From Planctomycetota bacterium (GTDB lineage Bacteria; Planctomycetota; Phycisphaerae; Phycisphaerales; SM1A02): 64,000 bases of DNA. Shown here piece after piece: positions 30,363 to 40,631 of the stretch (its first letter is position 1; each line of letters starts with the position of its first letter). Made by a program: the position numbers and the translations under genes. The notes beneath the pieces were generated by a model, which worked only from the letters and a program-made list of their open reading frames with translations, was not told the origin of the DNA and did no database searches. Location: NCBI GenBank assembly GCA_027622195.1, contig JAQBZO010000005.1, positions 18,861-82,860 on the forward strand, read 5' to 3'.

Positions 30363-31358
30363 TTAGGATTGGTTCATGGCATCGGCGCTCATGCCGAGTG
30401 TCAATCCGAGCTCCTGCATTTTCTCGTCAATCTCTTTCAGTGATGTCTTACCGAATGCACGCAGTCCGAGAAGGTCTTCTTCCTTCATGGAGATGAGTTG
30501 TTTGATAGTCTCAATGCCAGCGGACTGAAGGCAGTTGCTCGACCGCACCGACAGTTGAAGGTCTTCAATGGACATGTTCAGAATGCTCTCGCGTCGAGCG
30601 TCCTGTGCATCCTCCTCCGCGATGCCACCGATCGCGCGATCAGTACCCACTTCTGAGTACTTGACGAACGCGTCCAAATGCTTGCGAAGCAGAGTCGCCG
30701 CTTCAACAAGTGCCATCTCAGGATTGATCGTGCCGTTGGTCCAAATGTCCATCACCAGTCGGTCGTAATTGGTCTTTTGTCCGACGCGTGTGTTCTCAAC
30801 GCGATAACGAACGCGCTGCACTGGAGAGAAGACGGCGTCCACTGGAATCTCGCCGAGCACTTGTTCATTGGTGGATGTGTAGTGCTCGCTTGCGGGACGG
30901 TATCCGCGTCCCTTTTCAATGGTCATCGTTGCTGAAAACTTCACAGCGCCGGTGATGCGGCAGATGACATGTTGCGGATTCAGAATGGTTACACCTGCGC
31001 CACACTCGACGTGTGCACCAGTCACTTCGCCAGGACCCTCAACGCTCACTTGCACACGCATCGGTTCCTCGCCATCCATTTGGATGATGAGTCCCTTGAC
31101 ATTGAGCAGTAAGTCGACGACATCTTCAGCGATGCCAGGAATCGTTGCGAACTCGTGGGTCACACCGGTGATTTCAACTTTGGTCACCGCAGCGCCTTCG
31201 ATCGACGAAAGGAGAATGCGGCGCAGACCGTTACCGATCGTCGTGCCGTATCCACGCTCAAACGGCTCAGCGGTAAAGCGACCAAAGGTGCCAGTGAGGC
31301 TGCGCGTGTCTGGGACAACGCGAGCAGGAAGTTCTAAGCCACGCCATCGAATGTGCAT
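30363..31358 (-). CDS. rpoA: RNA polymerase alpha subunit
   Basis: EPFERGYGTTIGNGLRRILLSS, GRGY, DAVFSPV, LSVRSSNCL; SD GGAG before ATG 31358. Confidence 0.98.
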   Translation of the reverse strand: MHIRWRGLELPARVVPDTRSLTGTFGRFTAEPFERGYGTTIGNGLRRILLSSIEGAAVTKVEITGVTHEFATIPGIAEDVVDLLLNVKGLIIQMDGEEPMRVQVSVEGPGEVTGAHVECGAGVTILNPQHVICRITGAVKFSATMTIEKGRGYRPASEHYTSTNEQVLGEIPVDAVFSPVQRVRYRVENTRVGQKTNYDRLVMDIWTNGTINPEMALVEAATLLRKHLDAFVKYSEVGTDRAIGGIAEEDAQDARRESILNMSIEDLQLSVRSSNCLQSAGIETIKQLISMKEEDLLGLRAFGKTSLKEIDEKMQELGLTLGMSADAMNQS

Positions 31359-31476
31359 AAAAGTCTCCAAAACTGGCACATACCGGGGATCCGAGGAATC
31401 CTGTCTCGATCGGAATCCGATGCGCTGTGCCAGCGATGCATCGGCCCTTCAGTGAGGCCAGGAGGAAAACTGAGAA

Positions 31477-31848
31477 TCAACCGCGGCGCTTGCGCGGCTG
31501 ACGACAACCATTGTGTGGAAGCGGAGTGTGGTCTTCAATCGTGAGGACTTTCAAACCGTTGTGAGCCAGAGCGGTCACTGCGGACTCGCGGCCTGGACCA
31601 GCTCCACGCACGCGAACATCCACTTCCTTAAGTCCGAGACGCTTCGCCTTACCAACCGCCTTCTCGCTGGCGCGGCTCGCCGCGAAGGGAGTCGACTTGC
31701 GCGCTCCCTTGAATCCAACGGTTCCGGCTGAATCCCAGCAAAGCGTTTCGCCCGCGGGATCGGTAATGGTGACGATGGTGTTGTTGAACGACGCGTGCAC
31801 ATGCACCACGCCTCGAACGACACTTTTTCGAATTTTCTTCTTTGACAT
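31477..31848 (-). CDS. rpsK: 30S ribosomal protein S11
   Basis: [34 protein letters not shown]. Confidence 0.98.
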   Translation of the reverse strand: MSKKKIRKSVVRGVVHVHASFNNTIVTITDPAGETLCWDSAGTVGFKGARKSTPFAASRASEKAVGKAKRLGLKEVDVRVRGAGPGRESAVTALAHNGLKVLTIEDHTPLPHNGCRQPRKRRG

Positions 31849-31869
31849 AATTGGATTCCGTTGGGGGGA

Positions 31870-32247
31870 TTAACCCTTCACGCCCTTCTTACCCGCAACA
31901 GTCTTCTTCTTACCCTTGCGTGTACGGGAGTTGGTACGAGTGCGCTGTCCACGACAAGGAAGTCCCTTGCGATGACGGTCTCCGCGATAACTCTTGATGT
32001 CCTTGAGTCGCTGCACATCTTGCGACACCTTGCGACGCAAGGCACCTTCAACGAGATACTTCGCGTCAACATCGGCGGCGATCGCGGACAATTCCTGATC
32101 GTCCAGCGTTCCTGCGCGGCGCTCTGGGTCAATACCCGTGCGCTTCAGGATCGCGGCAGCCACCTTCGGGCCAATGCCGTGGATGTACTGAAGAGCGAAA
32201 AAGACCTTCTTCTTTTCTGGGATGTCGATGCCTGCAATACGAGCCAT
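31870..32247 (-). CDS. rpsM: 30S ribosomal protein S13
   Basis: MARIAGID, GIG, RGQRTRTNSRTRKG. Confidence 0.98.
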   Translation of the reverse strand: MARIAGIDIPEKKKVFFALQYIHGIGPKVAAAILKRTGIDPERRAGTLDDQELSAIAADVDAKYLVEGALRRKVSQDVQRLKDIKSYRGDRHRKGLPCRGQRTRTNSRTRKGKKKTVAGKKGVKG

Positions 32248-32275
32248 AGTGATTGTTCTCTTTTCGTTTCGCCGA

Positions 32276-32392
32276 TCAGCCTTGACGTTGTTTGAGTCGT
32301 GGGTTCTTCTTGTTGATGACAAAGCGCTTGCCCTTTCGGACAACGATCTGACAATCGCGAGTGCGCCGCTTAATACTGCTTCGGACCTTCAT
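32276..32392 (-). CDS. rpmJ: 50S ribosomal protein L36, zinc-ribbon-less type
   Basis: Below ORF-track cutoff; manual translation [38 protein letters not shown] between infA and rpsM. Confidence 0.95.
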   Translation of the reverse strand: MKVRSSIKRRTRDCQIVVRKGKRFVINKKNPRLKQRQG

Positions 32393-32408
32393 AGTGCTAC
32401 TCCAGATA

Positions 32409-32624
32409 TCACTGGCGGAAAATGATGCGTCCCTTTGTCATGTCGTAGGGACTGAGTTCAATGGTGACCTTGTCACCGGGAAGGATGCGGATAAAAAACT
32501 TCCGCATCTTGCCGCTGACATAGGCAAGAATGGTTTTGTCGTTCTGGAGCTTGACTCGAAACCGCGCATCGGGGAGCGCCTCCAAAACTTCAGCTTCAAG
32601 AATGATCTTGTCTTCTTTGGGCAT
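32409..32624 (-). CDS. infA: Translation initiation factor IF-1
   Basis: [28 protein letters not shown]. Confidence 0.98.
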   Translation of the reverse strand: MPKEDKIILEAEVLEALPDARFRVKLQNDKTILAYVSGKMRKFFIRILPGDKVTIELSPYDMTKGRIIFRQ

Positions 32625-32634
32625 GCTGTCCTAC

Positions 32635-34044
32635 TCACCCTCTCGCACTTCTGAGGCGAGGGCCGTCTTCGTTTCCAGAAGAAAGGAACCCTGCATAGTT
32701 GCGCATAAGCAAGTTCGCTTCGATGCGCTGAACAAGATCGAGCATCACGCTCACGACGATGAGGAGTCCGGTTCCGCCGAGGAACTGCGACACATACATA
32801 GGGACTCCGAAATACTGCGACACAAAGGTCGGAATGATCGCGATGATGCAGAGGAATCCTGCCCCCACATAAGTCATGCGCTCGATCACCATTTCAAGGT
32901 ATTCGGCGGTGCGCGGACCGGGGCGAAGTCCAGGAATGAAACTCGAGTGCTTCTTCAATTCCTTCGCCATGTCGCCCGGAGACAACTGCACCGTCACCCA
33001 GAAGTAGGCGAAGAAGTAGATCATCACGATCTCGACGATCACGAATGGATACGCGCCCATCTGGAAATTCTGGGCAAAGAACGCGGTGATCTCGACGAGC
33101 CACTGCGACCATCCTTCCGCTGATGCCTTGCTCGCGAGCCATCCAAAGAGAGTGCTCGGAAACACCATCAGCGAACTTGCAAAGATGATCGGCATCACGC
33201 CCGAATGATTCAATCGAAGAGGAAGGAAGTGGCGCTGTCCGCCGTACATCTTGCGTCCTCGAATATGCTTCGCCTGTTGGATCGGGATGCGACGCTGCGC
33301 CACGGTAATGAGCACCGCGCCACCGACGACCACGACGAAACCGGCGAGCAGGAGCAAGACTCCAATAACGCCCACCTTGCCGTCGCCCGATTGAATGCTC
33401 GGATCGAAGTTGGCGATGATCCACTCGACTGCACCAGGCATGCGCGAGAGGATGCCTGCGGTCAGAATGATTGACACGCCGTTGCCGATGCCGTGTTTGT
33501 CGATTTGCTCACCGAGCCACATCAAGAACATGCTTCCTGCGGTCAGCGCAGTCAGTCCCGAGATGTAGAAGACCATTCGACCTGCGCCCTGCATATAAGC
33601 AGGCTGCACAAGGTTCTGGCTGTACATGTATCCGAGCCACATCAATCCCTGCACGATGCAAAGTAGAACGGTCACATAGCGCGTCCATTCCATGATGCGC
33701 TGCTGTCCCGACACGCCTTCTTTCTTCAGCTCTTGGAGTGGTTGCCACACCGATTGCAGAAGTTGGAAGATGATGCTTGCCGTGATGTAAGGCATGATGC
33801 CCAGGCCGAAAATGGTGGACTGCCCGAGAGCACCACCACTGAAGACGCTGGCGAATTGCAAGATCCGACCAAACCCCGAGGAGTCCTCGGCAGCGCGCTG
33901 CGCGGCGTCTGAGAGCGCGACTTGATCCACACCCACAAGCGGAATCCAAAACCCAATGCGATAGATCACCAACATGCCCAGCGTGAAGAACACGCGGTTT
34001 CGCAGGTCGGCAACTCGAAAGATGTTGAGGAAGGCTTGAAGCAT
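32635..34044 (-). CDS. secY: Preprotein translocase SecY
   Basis: [51 protein letters not shown]. Confidence 0.98.
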   Translation of the reverse strand: MLQAFLNIFRVADLRNRVFFTLGMLVIYRIGFWIPLVGVDQVALSDAAQRAAEDSSGFGRILQFASVFSGGALGQSTIFGLGIMPYITASIIFQLLQSVWQPLQELKKEGVSGQQRIMEWTRYVTVLLCIVQGLMWLGYMYSQNLVQPAYMQGAGRMVFYISGLTALTAGSMFLMWLGEQIDKHGIGNGVSIILTAGILSRMPGAVEWIIANFDPSIQSGDGKVGVIGVLLLLAGFVVVVGGAVLITVAQRRIPIQQAKHIRGRKMYGGQRHFLPLRLNHSGVMPIIFASSLMVFPSTLFGWLASKASAEGWSQWLVEITAFFAQNFQMGAYPFVIVEIVMIYFFAYFWVTVQLSPGDMAKELKKHSSFIPGLRPGPRTAEYLEMVIERMTYVGAGFLCIIAIIPTFVSQYFGVPMYVSQFLGGTGLLIVVSVMLDLVQRIEANLLMRNYAGFLSSGNEDGPRLRSARG

Positions 34045-34067
34045 GGGTCGCTCTTCGAGGCGCTCGA

Positions 34068-34514
34068 TTACTCGGCGGTCGCGGTACCTCCTGCAGCTTC
34101 GATCTTGGCACGTGCCGTAGCGCTGAATGCATCAGCGACCACATTGAGCTTCTTCTTGATGTCGCCGTTCCCAAGCACCTTGAGCGGCTCTTTCCCAGAA
34201 GGGATCAATCCCAACTTGGAAATCATGTCGCGATCAATGCGAGCACCTGCATCAAAGTGCTTCTCGAGGTCAGCCACATTGACGACGGCGTAGGTCGTAC
34301 GGAATCCTGCATTCGAGAATCCTCGCTTAGGGAATCGACGCATGAACGGAGTCGAACCACCCTGATAACCAGGACGGCTCGACCAACCTGCTCGGCTCTT
34401 CGCACCGTTGTGACCGCGTCCGCTGGTGCCGCCCTTGCCGCTCCCTTCGCCGCGTCCAACACGCATGCGCTTCTTATGTGCGCCGACTTGAATTGTTATG
34501 TCATGGATCATCAT
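34068..34514 (-). CDS. rplO: 50S ribosomal protein L15
   Basis: RVGRGEGSGKGGTSGRG, PKRGF, KVLGNG. Confidence 0.97.
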   Translation of the reverse strand: MMIHDITIQVGAHKKRMRVGRGEGSGKGGTSGRGHNGAKSRAGWSSRPGYQGGSTPFMRRFPKRGFSNAGFRTTYAVVNVADLEKHFDAGARIDRDMISKLGLIPSGKEPLKVLGNGDIKKKLNVVADAFSATARAKIEAAGGTATAE

Positions 34515-34543
34515 GATGAAAAATCTCTTTCAGTCTTTCCGAG

Positions 34544-35326
34544 TTATGCCTGAGCCGCTGGAGGTGCGCCACCTGGTCCACCAGGTCCACCAGGACCGCC
34601 TTGACCGCCTGGTCCACCAGGACCACCAGGTCCACCAGGACCGCCTTGACCGCCTGGTCCACCAGGACCGCCTGGTCCACGCGAACCGCCGCGAGGTCCA
34701 CCGCGAGGTCCGCCACGAGCACCTCCCCGTCCACCCTTGCGCTCGTCGCCCACTGTATTCACGGGTGCCGCTAACTTGGAGCCACTCGACGCCTTCGGCA
34801 TCGAAGTCGCGCCGCGCAAAATTGCTTTCTCGACGGTTGTTTCTTCGAGGATCACGCCGCGCAACTGCTGCACCTTTTCACGAGTGCGAAGTTGTGAGAG
34901 TGCCTCGAATGTGGCCTTCACCAAGTTGCGTGGATTCGTACTTCCATACGCCTTCGTGAGGCAGTCATGGACGCCGAGCATTTCGAGCACAGCGCGGACC
35001 GTTGCTCCCGCAAGCACGCCGGTTCCGGGCGATGCAGGAATGAGTCGAACTTTCGACGCGCCGAAACGACCTTCCACCGCATGCGGCAAAGTGCGTCCCT
35101 GAAGCGGGTATCCAGCCACTTTGCGATTCGCTTCGCGTTGTGCCTTCTCAACAGCTTGTGGAACTTGCTTGCTCTTGGCGTATCCGAGTCCAACGGTGCC
35201 GCGACGATCGCCCGTGACGACGAGTGCCGCAAAGCTAAATCGGCGTCCACCCTTGACGGTGGTCGAAGTGCGGTACACGCCAACGGTGACGGAGTCGAGT
35301 GAAGATTCTGATTTGTAGTCCGACAT
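34544..35326 (-). CDS. rpsE: 30S ribosomal protein S5 with long Gly/Pro/Arg C-terminal tail
   Basis: VKGGRRFSFAALVV.GD, PASPGTG, GSTNP.N.VKAT. Confidence 0.97.
   Translation of the reverse strand: MSDYKSESSLDSVTVGVYRTSTTVKGGRRFSFAALVVTGDRRGTVGLGYAKSKQVPQAVEKAQREANRKVAGYPLQGRTLPHAVEGRFGASKVRLIPASPGTGVLAGATVRAVLEMLGVHDCLTKAYGSTNPRNLVKATFEALSQLRTREKVQQLRGVILEETTVEKAILRGATSMPKASSGSKLAAPVNTVGDERKGGRGGARGGPRGGPRGGSRGPGGPGGPGGQGGPGGPGGPGGPGGQGGPGGPGGPGGAPPAAQA
34578..34667. repeat. Perfect 2 x 45-nt tandem repeat in the S5 tail
   Basis: ccaccaggtccaccaggaccgccttgaccgcctggtccaccagga at 34578 and 34623. Confidence 0.9.
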
Positions 35327-35343
35327 AGTGGTTGATCCTTGAA

Positions 35344-35706
35344 TCAGAACTTCAGACCCGCGCCACGCGCAGCGTCAGCGAGAGCTTTGATGCGGCCGTG
35401 GTAACGAAACCCGTTGCGATCAAAGACGACGGCAGACAATCCCGCCTTAATTGAACGCTCTGCGATCGCTTTTCCGACGGACGAGGCGGCGCTGACATTG
35501 CCGGTCTTGCCATCGGTGAGGTCGATGTCGCGCGTCGATGCGCTTGCGAGCGTTCGACCAGCGTAATCATCGATCACTTGAACATAGATATGGTTGAGCG
35601 AGCGGTACACAGACATCCGCGGACGATCAGGCGTTCCGCCGAGAGTCTTTCGCAGACCCCTCTTGCGGCGCAGGCGCTGAACTGTTTTGACTTTGTTCTT
35701 GTCCAT
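35344..35706 (-). CDS. rplR: 50S ribosomal protein L18
   Basis: [30 protein letters not shown]. Confidence 0.97.
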   Translation of the reverse strand: MDKNKVKTVQRLRRKRGLRKTLGGTPDRPRMSVYRSLNHIYVQVIDDYAGRTLASASTRDIDLTDGKTGNVSAASSVGKAIAERSIKAGLSAVVFDRNGFRYHGRIKALADAARGAGLKF

Positions 35707-35732
35707 GATGGTAATTCTCAACGGGACTCGGC

Positions 35733-36296
35733 TTATGCGCCGAATGCCTTGCCCTTCTTACGAGTGATCTGTTCGCCGAAGTACTTCACGCCCTTGCCCT
35801 TGTAAGGCTCTGGCTTCCGCTGCGAACGAATGATTGATGCGAATGCGAAGACCATTTGTCGATCCGCTCCAGCGACGAGCACATTGACTCCCTGCTCGAC
35901 AGTGATGGTCAATCCGGTTGGGATCTTCAATTCGATTTGATCGGCGTATCCAAGAGTGAGGACGATCTTGGTGCCGGCGATCTTCGCCCCCCAACCAACG
36001 CCGACGATCTCGAGCTTCTGTGAATATCCCTTCTCGGCCCCTTCGACCATGTTGCGAATCAGCGCGCGAGTGGTGCCCCAGTAGGCACGACGATTGCCAC
36101 GCTCGATCAACTCCATGTTGTCGGGAACGCACGAGATCTCGCGAGTGGACTCATTCCACGAGACGATCATCTCTGGGCGATAGATGTACGAGAGTGATCC
36201 CTTCGGACCTTGGATATTGACGGTCCGAGTGCCCGCATTGAGCGCCACCTTGATGGCGGCGGGAACTGGGATTGGTTTCTTACCGATGAGAGACAT
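35733..36296 (-). CDS. rplF: 50S ribosomal protein L6
   Basis: [20 protein letters not shown]. Confidence 0.97.
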   Translation of the reverse strand: MSLIGKKPIPVPAAIKVALNAGTRTVNIQGPKGSLSYIYRPEMIVSWNESTREISCVPDNMELIERGNRRAYWGTTRALIRNMVEGAEKGYSQKLEIVGVGWGAKIAGTKIVLTLGYADQIELKIPTGLTITVEQGVNVLVAGADRQMVFAFASIIRSQRKPEPYKGKGVKYFGEQITRKKGKAFGA

Positions 36297-36323
36297 GATT
36301 GCTCCTAATGCGAACTATGCGGA

Positions 36324-36722
36324 TCACGAAACCGTGCAAACAAGTTCGCCGCCGATGTGCAACTCGCGTGCCTTGCGGTCGCTCATGACGCCGCTACTTG
36401 TTGAAACAATGGAAATGCCCAATCCTGAGATTGGACTTGGGAGTTCCTCGACGCCTCGATAGACGCGGCATCCAGTGTGGGAGACGCGATCGATGCGATT
36501 GATGAGCATCTCTCCGCGTGATCCGTACTTCAATGCGACACGAAGAACGCCCTGCCGGCCATCCTCGATCACATCGAAGCTGTTGATGTAGCCCTCGTCC
36601 TGCAGCACCTTGGCGACGCCGCGATTGAGCTTGTTGTTGAGGATGTTGACGCTCTTGCTGCGGTTACGAACCGCGTTGCGAATGCGCGTCAACATGTCTG
36701 CTGTGAGGTCTTGTAATGCCAT
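36324..36722 (-). CDS. rpsH: 30S ribosomal protein S8
   Basis: ADMLTRIRNA, EGYI, GLGISIVSTSSG, GGE. Confidence 0.97.
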   Translation of the reverse strand: MALQDLTADMLTRIRNAVRNRSKSVNILNNKLNRGVAKVLQDEGYINSFDVIEDGRQGVLRVALKYGSRGEMLINRIDRVSHTGCRVYRGVEELPSPISGLGISIVSTSSGVMSDRKARELHIGGELVCTVS

Positions 36723-36750
36723 GATCAGTGTCCTTTGACTTGCGGTTCCA

Positions 36751-36936
36751 TTACCAAGATGCCTTGCGCATCCCTGGGATGAGCCCTTGGAGGGCGAGTT
36801 CCCGCAACATGATGCGGCTAACACGGAATTTGCGGTAGTAACCACGTGCTCGTCCTGTCAACTCGCAGCGGTTGCGCTTGCGGGTTGAAAACTTCGGCGT
36901 GAGCTTCATCTTTGCGAATGTGCGCTTGCTTGCCAT
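36751..36936 (-). CDS. rpsN: 30S ribosomal protein S14, 61 aa, only one Cys
   Basis: [25 protein letters not shown]. Confidence 0.96.
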   Translation of the reverse strand: MASKRTFAKMKLTPKFSTRKRNRCELTGRARGYYRKFRVSRIMLRELALQGLIPGMRKASW

Positions 36937-36951
36937 GGGGTTCTTTCGTCC

Positions 36952-37557
36952 TTAGCTCGACTTCTTCTTTGAGACGCGGTCTTCTGGCTTTTCAAATGGC
37001 ATCCCCATCTCAGCGAGTGCGAGGCGACTCTTGCTGGGGTCGCTCTTGCCGAAGACGATGTTGATGTTCATACCGTGATTGAATGTTGCTGAAGCCATGT
37101 CGATCTCAGGCCACACAGCCTGTTCAGAAAGTCCGATCGAATAGTTTCCAGCCTTGTCGAAATTGCGATCCGGCACACCGCGAAAGTCCTTGATACGAGG
37201 CATCGCGAGGTGAATCAGTCGATCGAGGAACGACCACATGCGGTCGCGGCGAAGAGTCACCATGAAGGCGCTCGGAGCTCCTTCGCGAACCTTAAAGTTC
37301 GACACCGACTTCTTTGCCAGAATCATGACGGGCTTCTGACCCGTGATGCGTGTGAGCGTGCCGATGACGGCATCTCGGATTTCAGGCTTGAGCTTCTGGT
37401 TCTCAAGTTGCTTTCCGATGCCAACATTGATGACGATCTTTTGAAGGGATGGGAGCGCATTGGCATTCTTGATACCGAACTGCTCTCGCAATTTCGCTGA
37501 CACATCAGAGCGGAATGCGGCCTGCAGTCGCGGAGTTGTTTTCGTAGTGGCGGTCAT
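36952..37557 (-). CDS. rplE: 50S ribosomal protein L5
   Basis: KIVINVG, ITGQKP, VTLR, PRIKDFRG. Confidence 0.97.
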   Translation of the reverse strand: MTATTKTTPRLQAAFRSDVSAKLREQFGIKNANALPSLQKIVINVGIGKQLENQKLKPEIRDAVIGTLTRITGQKPVMILAKKSVSNFKVREGAPSAFMVTLRRDRMWSFLDRLIHLAMPRIKDFRGVPDRNFDKAGNYSIGLSEQAVWPEIDMASATFNHGMNINIVFGKSDPSKSRLALAEMGMPFEKPEDRVSKKKSS

Positions 37558-37568
37558 AGGACTGTCTT

Positions 37569-37913
37569 TCAACCCTTCTTCTTCCCGCGAGCACCGTGCA
37601 GCGTGTGCAATTCAGCACCATTGCGACTCGCGACGCGAACCTTCGAGCCGTCCGCCTTCGTCACAAAACGAACGCGCGTTGGCTTGCCGTCCGCGATTGG
37701 ACTGACATTGGACATATGGATCGAGAGTTCCTTCTCAACAATCGCACCCTTTGGACGCGCTTGCGAAGGCTTCAAGTGCTTCTTGTGGATATTGATTCCC
37801 TTGACAAGAACTCGATTGGTCTCGAGATCAACGGAAATGACTTCGCCGGTCTGACCGCGGTCATCGCCCGCTCTCACGAAGACGGTGTCACCTTTTTTGA
37901 TATGGACTGGCAT
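37569..37913 (-). CDS. rplX: 50S ribosomal protein L24
   Basis: IKKGDTV.V..G.D.G..G KOW motif, IHMSNV. Confidence 0.97.
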   Translation of the reverse strand: MPVHIKKGDTVFVRAGDDRGQTGEVISVDLETNRVLVKGINIHKKHLKPSQARPKGAIVEKELSIHMSNVSPIADGKPTRVRFVTKADGSKVRVASRNGAELHTLHGARGKKKG

Positions 37914-38299
37914 CAGACAACCTCCGAAGCAAGTGAAACGATCTTCATATAGTTCTTCTCGCGCAGTTCACGAGCGACGGCGCCGAAGATGCGAGTGCCC
38001 TTCGGATTGCCATCTTCGTCAACCAACACGCAGGCGTTTGAATCGAACCGAACGTACGAACCATCTTCGCGTCGAACGGGATACTTCGTGCGCACGATGA
38101 TCGCCTGGACCTTGTCGCCGCCCTTGACATCACCATTCGGCAGAGCATGCTTCACCGCGCAGACGATTCGATCGCCCACGGTGAAGGTCAGACGGCGGAA
38201 TCGGCCCGATGCAGTGGATGCACCAAGCACACCGATCACCATCGCCTCTTTGGCTCCGCTGTTGTCCACCACTTCAAGTCGTGTTTCCTTTTGAATCAT
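37913..38299 (-). CDS. rplN: 50S ribosomal protein L14
   Basis: DNSGAK, GTRIFG.VARELR, KIVSLA.EV. Confidence 0.98.
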   Translation of the reverse strand: MIQKETRLEVVDNSGAKEAMVIGVLGASTASGRFRRLTFTVGDRIVCAVKHALPNGDVKGGDKVQAIIVRTKYPVRREDGSYVRFDSNACVLVDEDGNPKGTRIFGAVARELREKNYMKIVSLASEVV

Positions 38300-38320
38300 G
38301 ACGATCTCGCTTCTGGCCTC

Positions 38321-38602
38321 TTAGGCCAAGGCCTCCGGTGCCTTTTCAACAACGCGCACCAAAGTCCATGACTTTGTGCGGGAAATCGGCCGACACTCGG
38401 CGATCTCGACGCGATCTCCCATGCGCGATGCATTGGTCTCATCGTGTACATGGAGAACCGAACGATGCTTGATGAACTTTCCGTAACGCGGATGCCGCGT
38501 CACCGAATCCACAATGACTCGACGCGACTTGGCGCGCTTGTCACTGTCCACCACGCCGATGAGGCGAGGGCTGTTCTCTGGAATGACGAGTGGTTTACTC
38601 AC
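38321..38602 (-). CDS. rpsQ: 30S ribosomal protein S17
   Basis: [27 protein letters not shown]. Confidence 0.97.
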   Translation of the reverse strand: MSKPLVIPENSPRLIGVVDSDKRAKSRRVIVDSVTRHPRYGKFIKHRSVLHVHDETNASRMGDRVEIAECRPISRTKSWTLVRVVEKAPEALA

Positions 38603-38799
38603 TTGGTTGTTCTCCTGCGGCTGGTCTCTTCGGTCTTCATTCGGGCTACATCGAGCCGAAGTTTGCCGAACTGCGAATGGTCGGTGACCTTCTCGCCCAC
38701 AACTTGTTGGGTGCGGAGGTCGAACAGGCGGCGCTGTGCCGCCTTCACCTCGGCGGTGAGCTGTTCGTCATTAAGTTTTCGAATGTCCTTCGTTTCCAT
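38599..38799 (-). CDS. rpmC: 50S ribosomal protein L29
   Basis: LFDLR, VARMKT; position between rplP and rpsQ. Confidence 0.93.
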   Translation of the reverse strand: METKDIRKLNDEQLTAEVKAAQRRLFDLRTQQVVGEKVTDHSQFGKLRLDVARMKTEETSRRRTTK

Positions 38800-38818
38800 G
38801 ATCGTTATTCCTGTCGCG

Positions 38819-39238
38819 TCAGACCGCGAGGCGGCGTCCTACGAACCTGCACCGAACTGGCATCTTGTGAGCGATGCGAGCGAGTGCTTGCTTGGCGAGT
38901 TCTTCCGACACACCCGACACCTCGAAGAGCACGGTGCCTGGCTTGATGCATGCCGCCCAGTACTCCACGTCTGCCTTTCCCGTACCCATTCGTGTTTCCA
39001 GCGGTTTCTTGCTGATGGGCTTGGATGGGAAGACGCGAATAAACAACTTGCCTTGACGACGAAGGAAGTGCTGCGCCGCGATGCGGCCCGCCTCGATCTG
39101 TCGTCCGCTCAGCCAATGCGTCTCGAGAGACTGCAGGCCGAATTCGCCGAACGCGACATAATTGCCGCGCGTGGCGTTGCCCTTCATTTTGCCGCGCTGT
39201 TGCTTGCGCCACTTGACTCGTTTTGGAAGTAATGCCAT
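38819..39238 (-). CDS. rplP: 50S ribosomal protein L16
   Basis: PKRVKWRKQQRG, QIEAGR, ETRMGTGK. Confidence 0.98.
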   Translation of the reverse strand: MALLPKRVKWRKQQRGKMKGNATRGNYVAFGEFGLQSLETHWLSGRQIEAGRIAAQHFLRRQGKLFIRVFPSKPISKKPLETRMGTGKADVEYWAACIKPGTVLFEVSGVSEELAKQALARIAHKMPVRCRFVGRRLAV

Positions 39239-39262
39239 CAGACTATTCCTTCAATTCCGCGT

Positions 39263-39967
39263 TTAGCGGCGTCCTCTCGCACGGGCACGACCACCAGCGG
39301 CAGTGCTCTGATATTCCTCTTGAGTGTCGCCAGAGAACAGGCCCTTGAACACCCACACCTTGATGCCGATCACGCCGTAGGTCGTGGTGGCGTGAACGAT
39401 TGCGTAATCCACATTGGCTTGCAGAGTCGAGAGCGGAATGGATCCGAGGCGAGCGTCTTGAGTACGCGCGATTTCAGCACCACCGAGACGACCGCTGACT
39501 TGAATGCGAACTCCTTGTGCGCCGGCCTGCATGGCGCTTTCGCAGCGCATCTTCAGGACGCGTCGGAAATTGGCGCGCTTCTTGATTTGTTCGCCAAGAC
39601 CTTCGGCAAGCAAACGAGCATCGCACTCAGGATTGCGCACTTCGACGACTTGCACCGCAACATTGCGATGAGTCAGTGCTTCGAGTTCGTGCTGAAGTTG
39701 CTCCTTGCCCGCTCCCTTGAGACCAAGGACTTGGCCAGGACGAGCCGTCTTGATGATGACGGTCAGGAGTTCGCGCGTCCGCTCGATGTGAATATCACTC
39801 ACCGCGGCAAAGGGAGGCGTCCGATTGAGGCGCTTATCCAAATGCTTGCGGATCTTGTAATCCTCGACGAGCAGTTCTCCGAAGAGCGCCTTCGGGGCGA
39901 ACCAACGGCTCTTGTGCGCTTCGGTGATACCGACGCGGAATCCGAATGGATGAGTCTTCTGTCCCAT
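39263..39967 (-). CDS. rpsC: 30S ribosomal protein S3
   Basis: MGQKTHP.GFRVG, SGRLGGAEIAR, TTYGVIGIKVW. Confidence 0.98.
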   Translation of the reverse strand: MGQKTHPFGFRVGITEAHKSRWFAPKALFGELLVEDYKIRKHLDKRLNRTPPFAAVSDIHIERTRELLTVIIKTARPGQVLGLKGAGKEQLQHELEALTHRNVAVQVVEVRNPECDARLLAEGLGEQIKKRANFRRVLKMRCESAMQAGAQGVRIQVSGRLGGAEIARTQDARLGSIPLSTLQANVDYAIVHATTTYGVIGIKVWVFKGLFSGDTQEEYQSTAAGGRARARGRR

Positions 39968-39969
39968 AG

Positions 39970-40314
39970 TTACTCCTGCGCTCCCTTGCGAAGATCCACG
40001 GCGACACAAATGTGGCTGGTGCGCTTCATGATTGGATGGGATCGACCACGGTCCTTCTCTTGGAACCGCTTCAAGGTTGGACCTTCATCAACGCGTGACT
40101 CACTCACGAACAGTTGTGAAACATCAGCGTCTGCTTGTTCAGCATTGGCGATGGCGCTCTTGAGCACAGTCTTGATAAACCATGCGCCGCGCTTGTTGCA
40201 AAAGTCGAGGGCTGTGATCGCTTGATCAACAGGACAGCCACGAATGAGGTCTGCGACAAGTCTCGCCTTGCGAGGGGCGATGCGCGCGAATCGATGTGTA
40301 GAGGTGTATGCCAT
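39970..40314 (-). CDS. rplV: 50S ribosomal protein L22
   Basis: PRKARLVADLIRG, SAIANAE, KRTSHI. Confidence 0.98.
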   Translation of the reverse strand: MAYTSTHRFARIAPRKARLVADLIRGCPVDQAITALDFCNKRGAWFIKTVLKSAIANAEQADADVSQLFVSESRVDEGPTLKRFQEKDRGRSHPIMKRTSHICVAVDLRKGAQE

Positions 40315-40325
40315 GAACCTATTCC

Positions 40326-40619
40326 TTACGCTGGCTTGTTGCCGAAATCGAGCCCTTCCTTCTTATTGGTGTGGCCCTTGAAAATGCGGGTGGGAGCGAA
40401 TTCACCGAGCTTGTGGCCGACCATGTCCTCGGTGCAGAACACATCCAAGAACTTGCGGCCGTTGTGGACCTGGAAGGTCTGACCAACAAACTCTGGGACG
40501 ATCGTGCAGGCGCGCGACCATGTCTTGATCGGAGTTTTTCGGGTGGCATTCGCCTGAGCTTCAACGCGCTTGAAAAGCTTCTCGTCGACGAACGGACCCT
40601 TCTTTGTTGAACGTGACAT
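40326..40619 (-). CDS. rpsS: 30S ribosomal protein S19
   Basis: [24 protein letters not shown]. Confidence 0.98.
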   Translation of the reverse strand: MSRSTKKGPFVDEKLFKRVEAQANATRKTPIKTWSRACTIVPEFVGQTFQVHNGRKFLDVFCTEDMVGHKLGEFAPTRIFKGHTNKKEGLDFGNKPA

Positions 40620-40631
40620 CGTGTGTATTCC

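Noticed and set aside
34578..34667. Direct repeats as a CRISPR array
   Set aside because: No spacers, in-frame within rpsE, no cas genes
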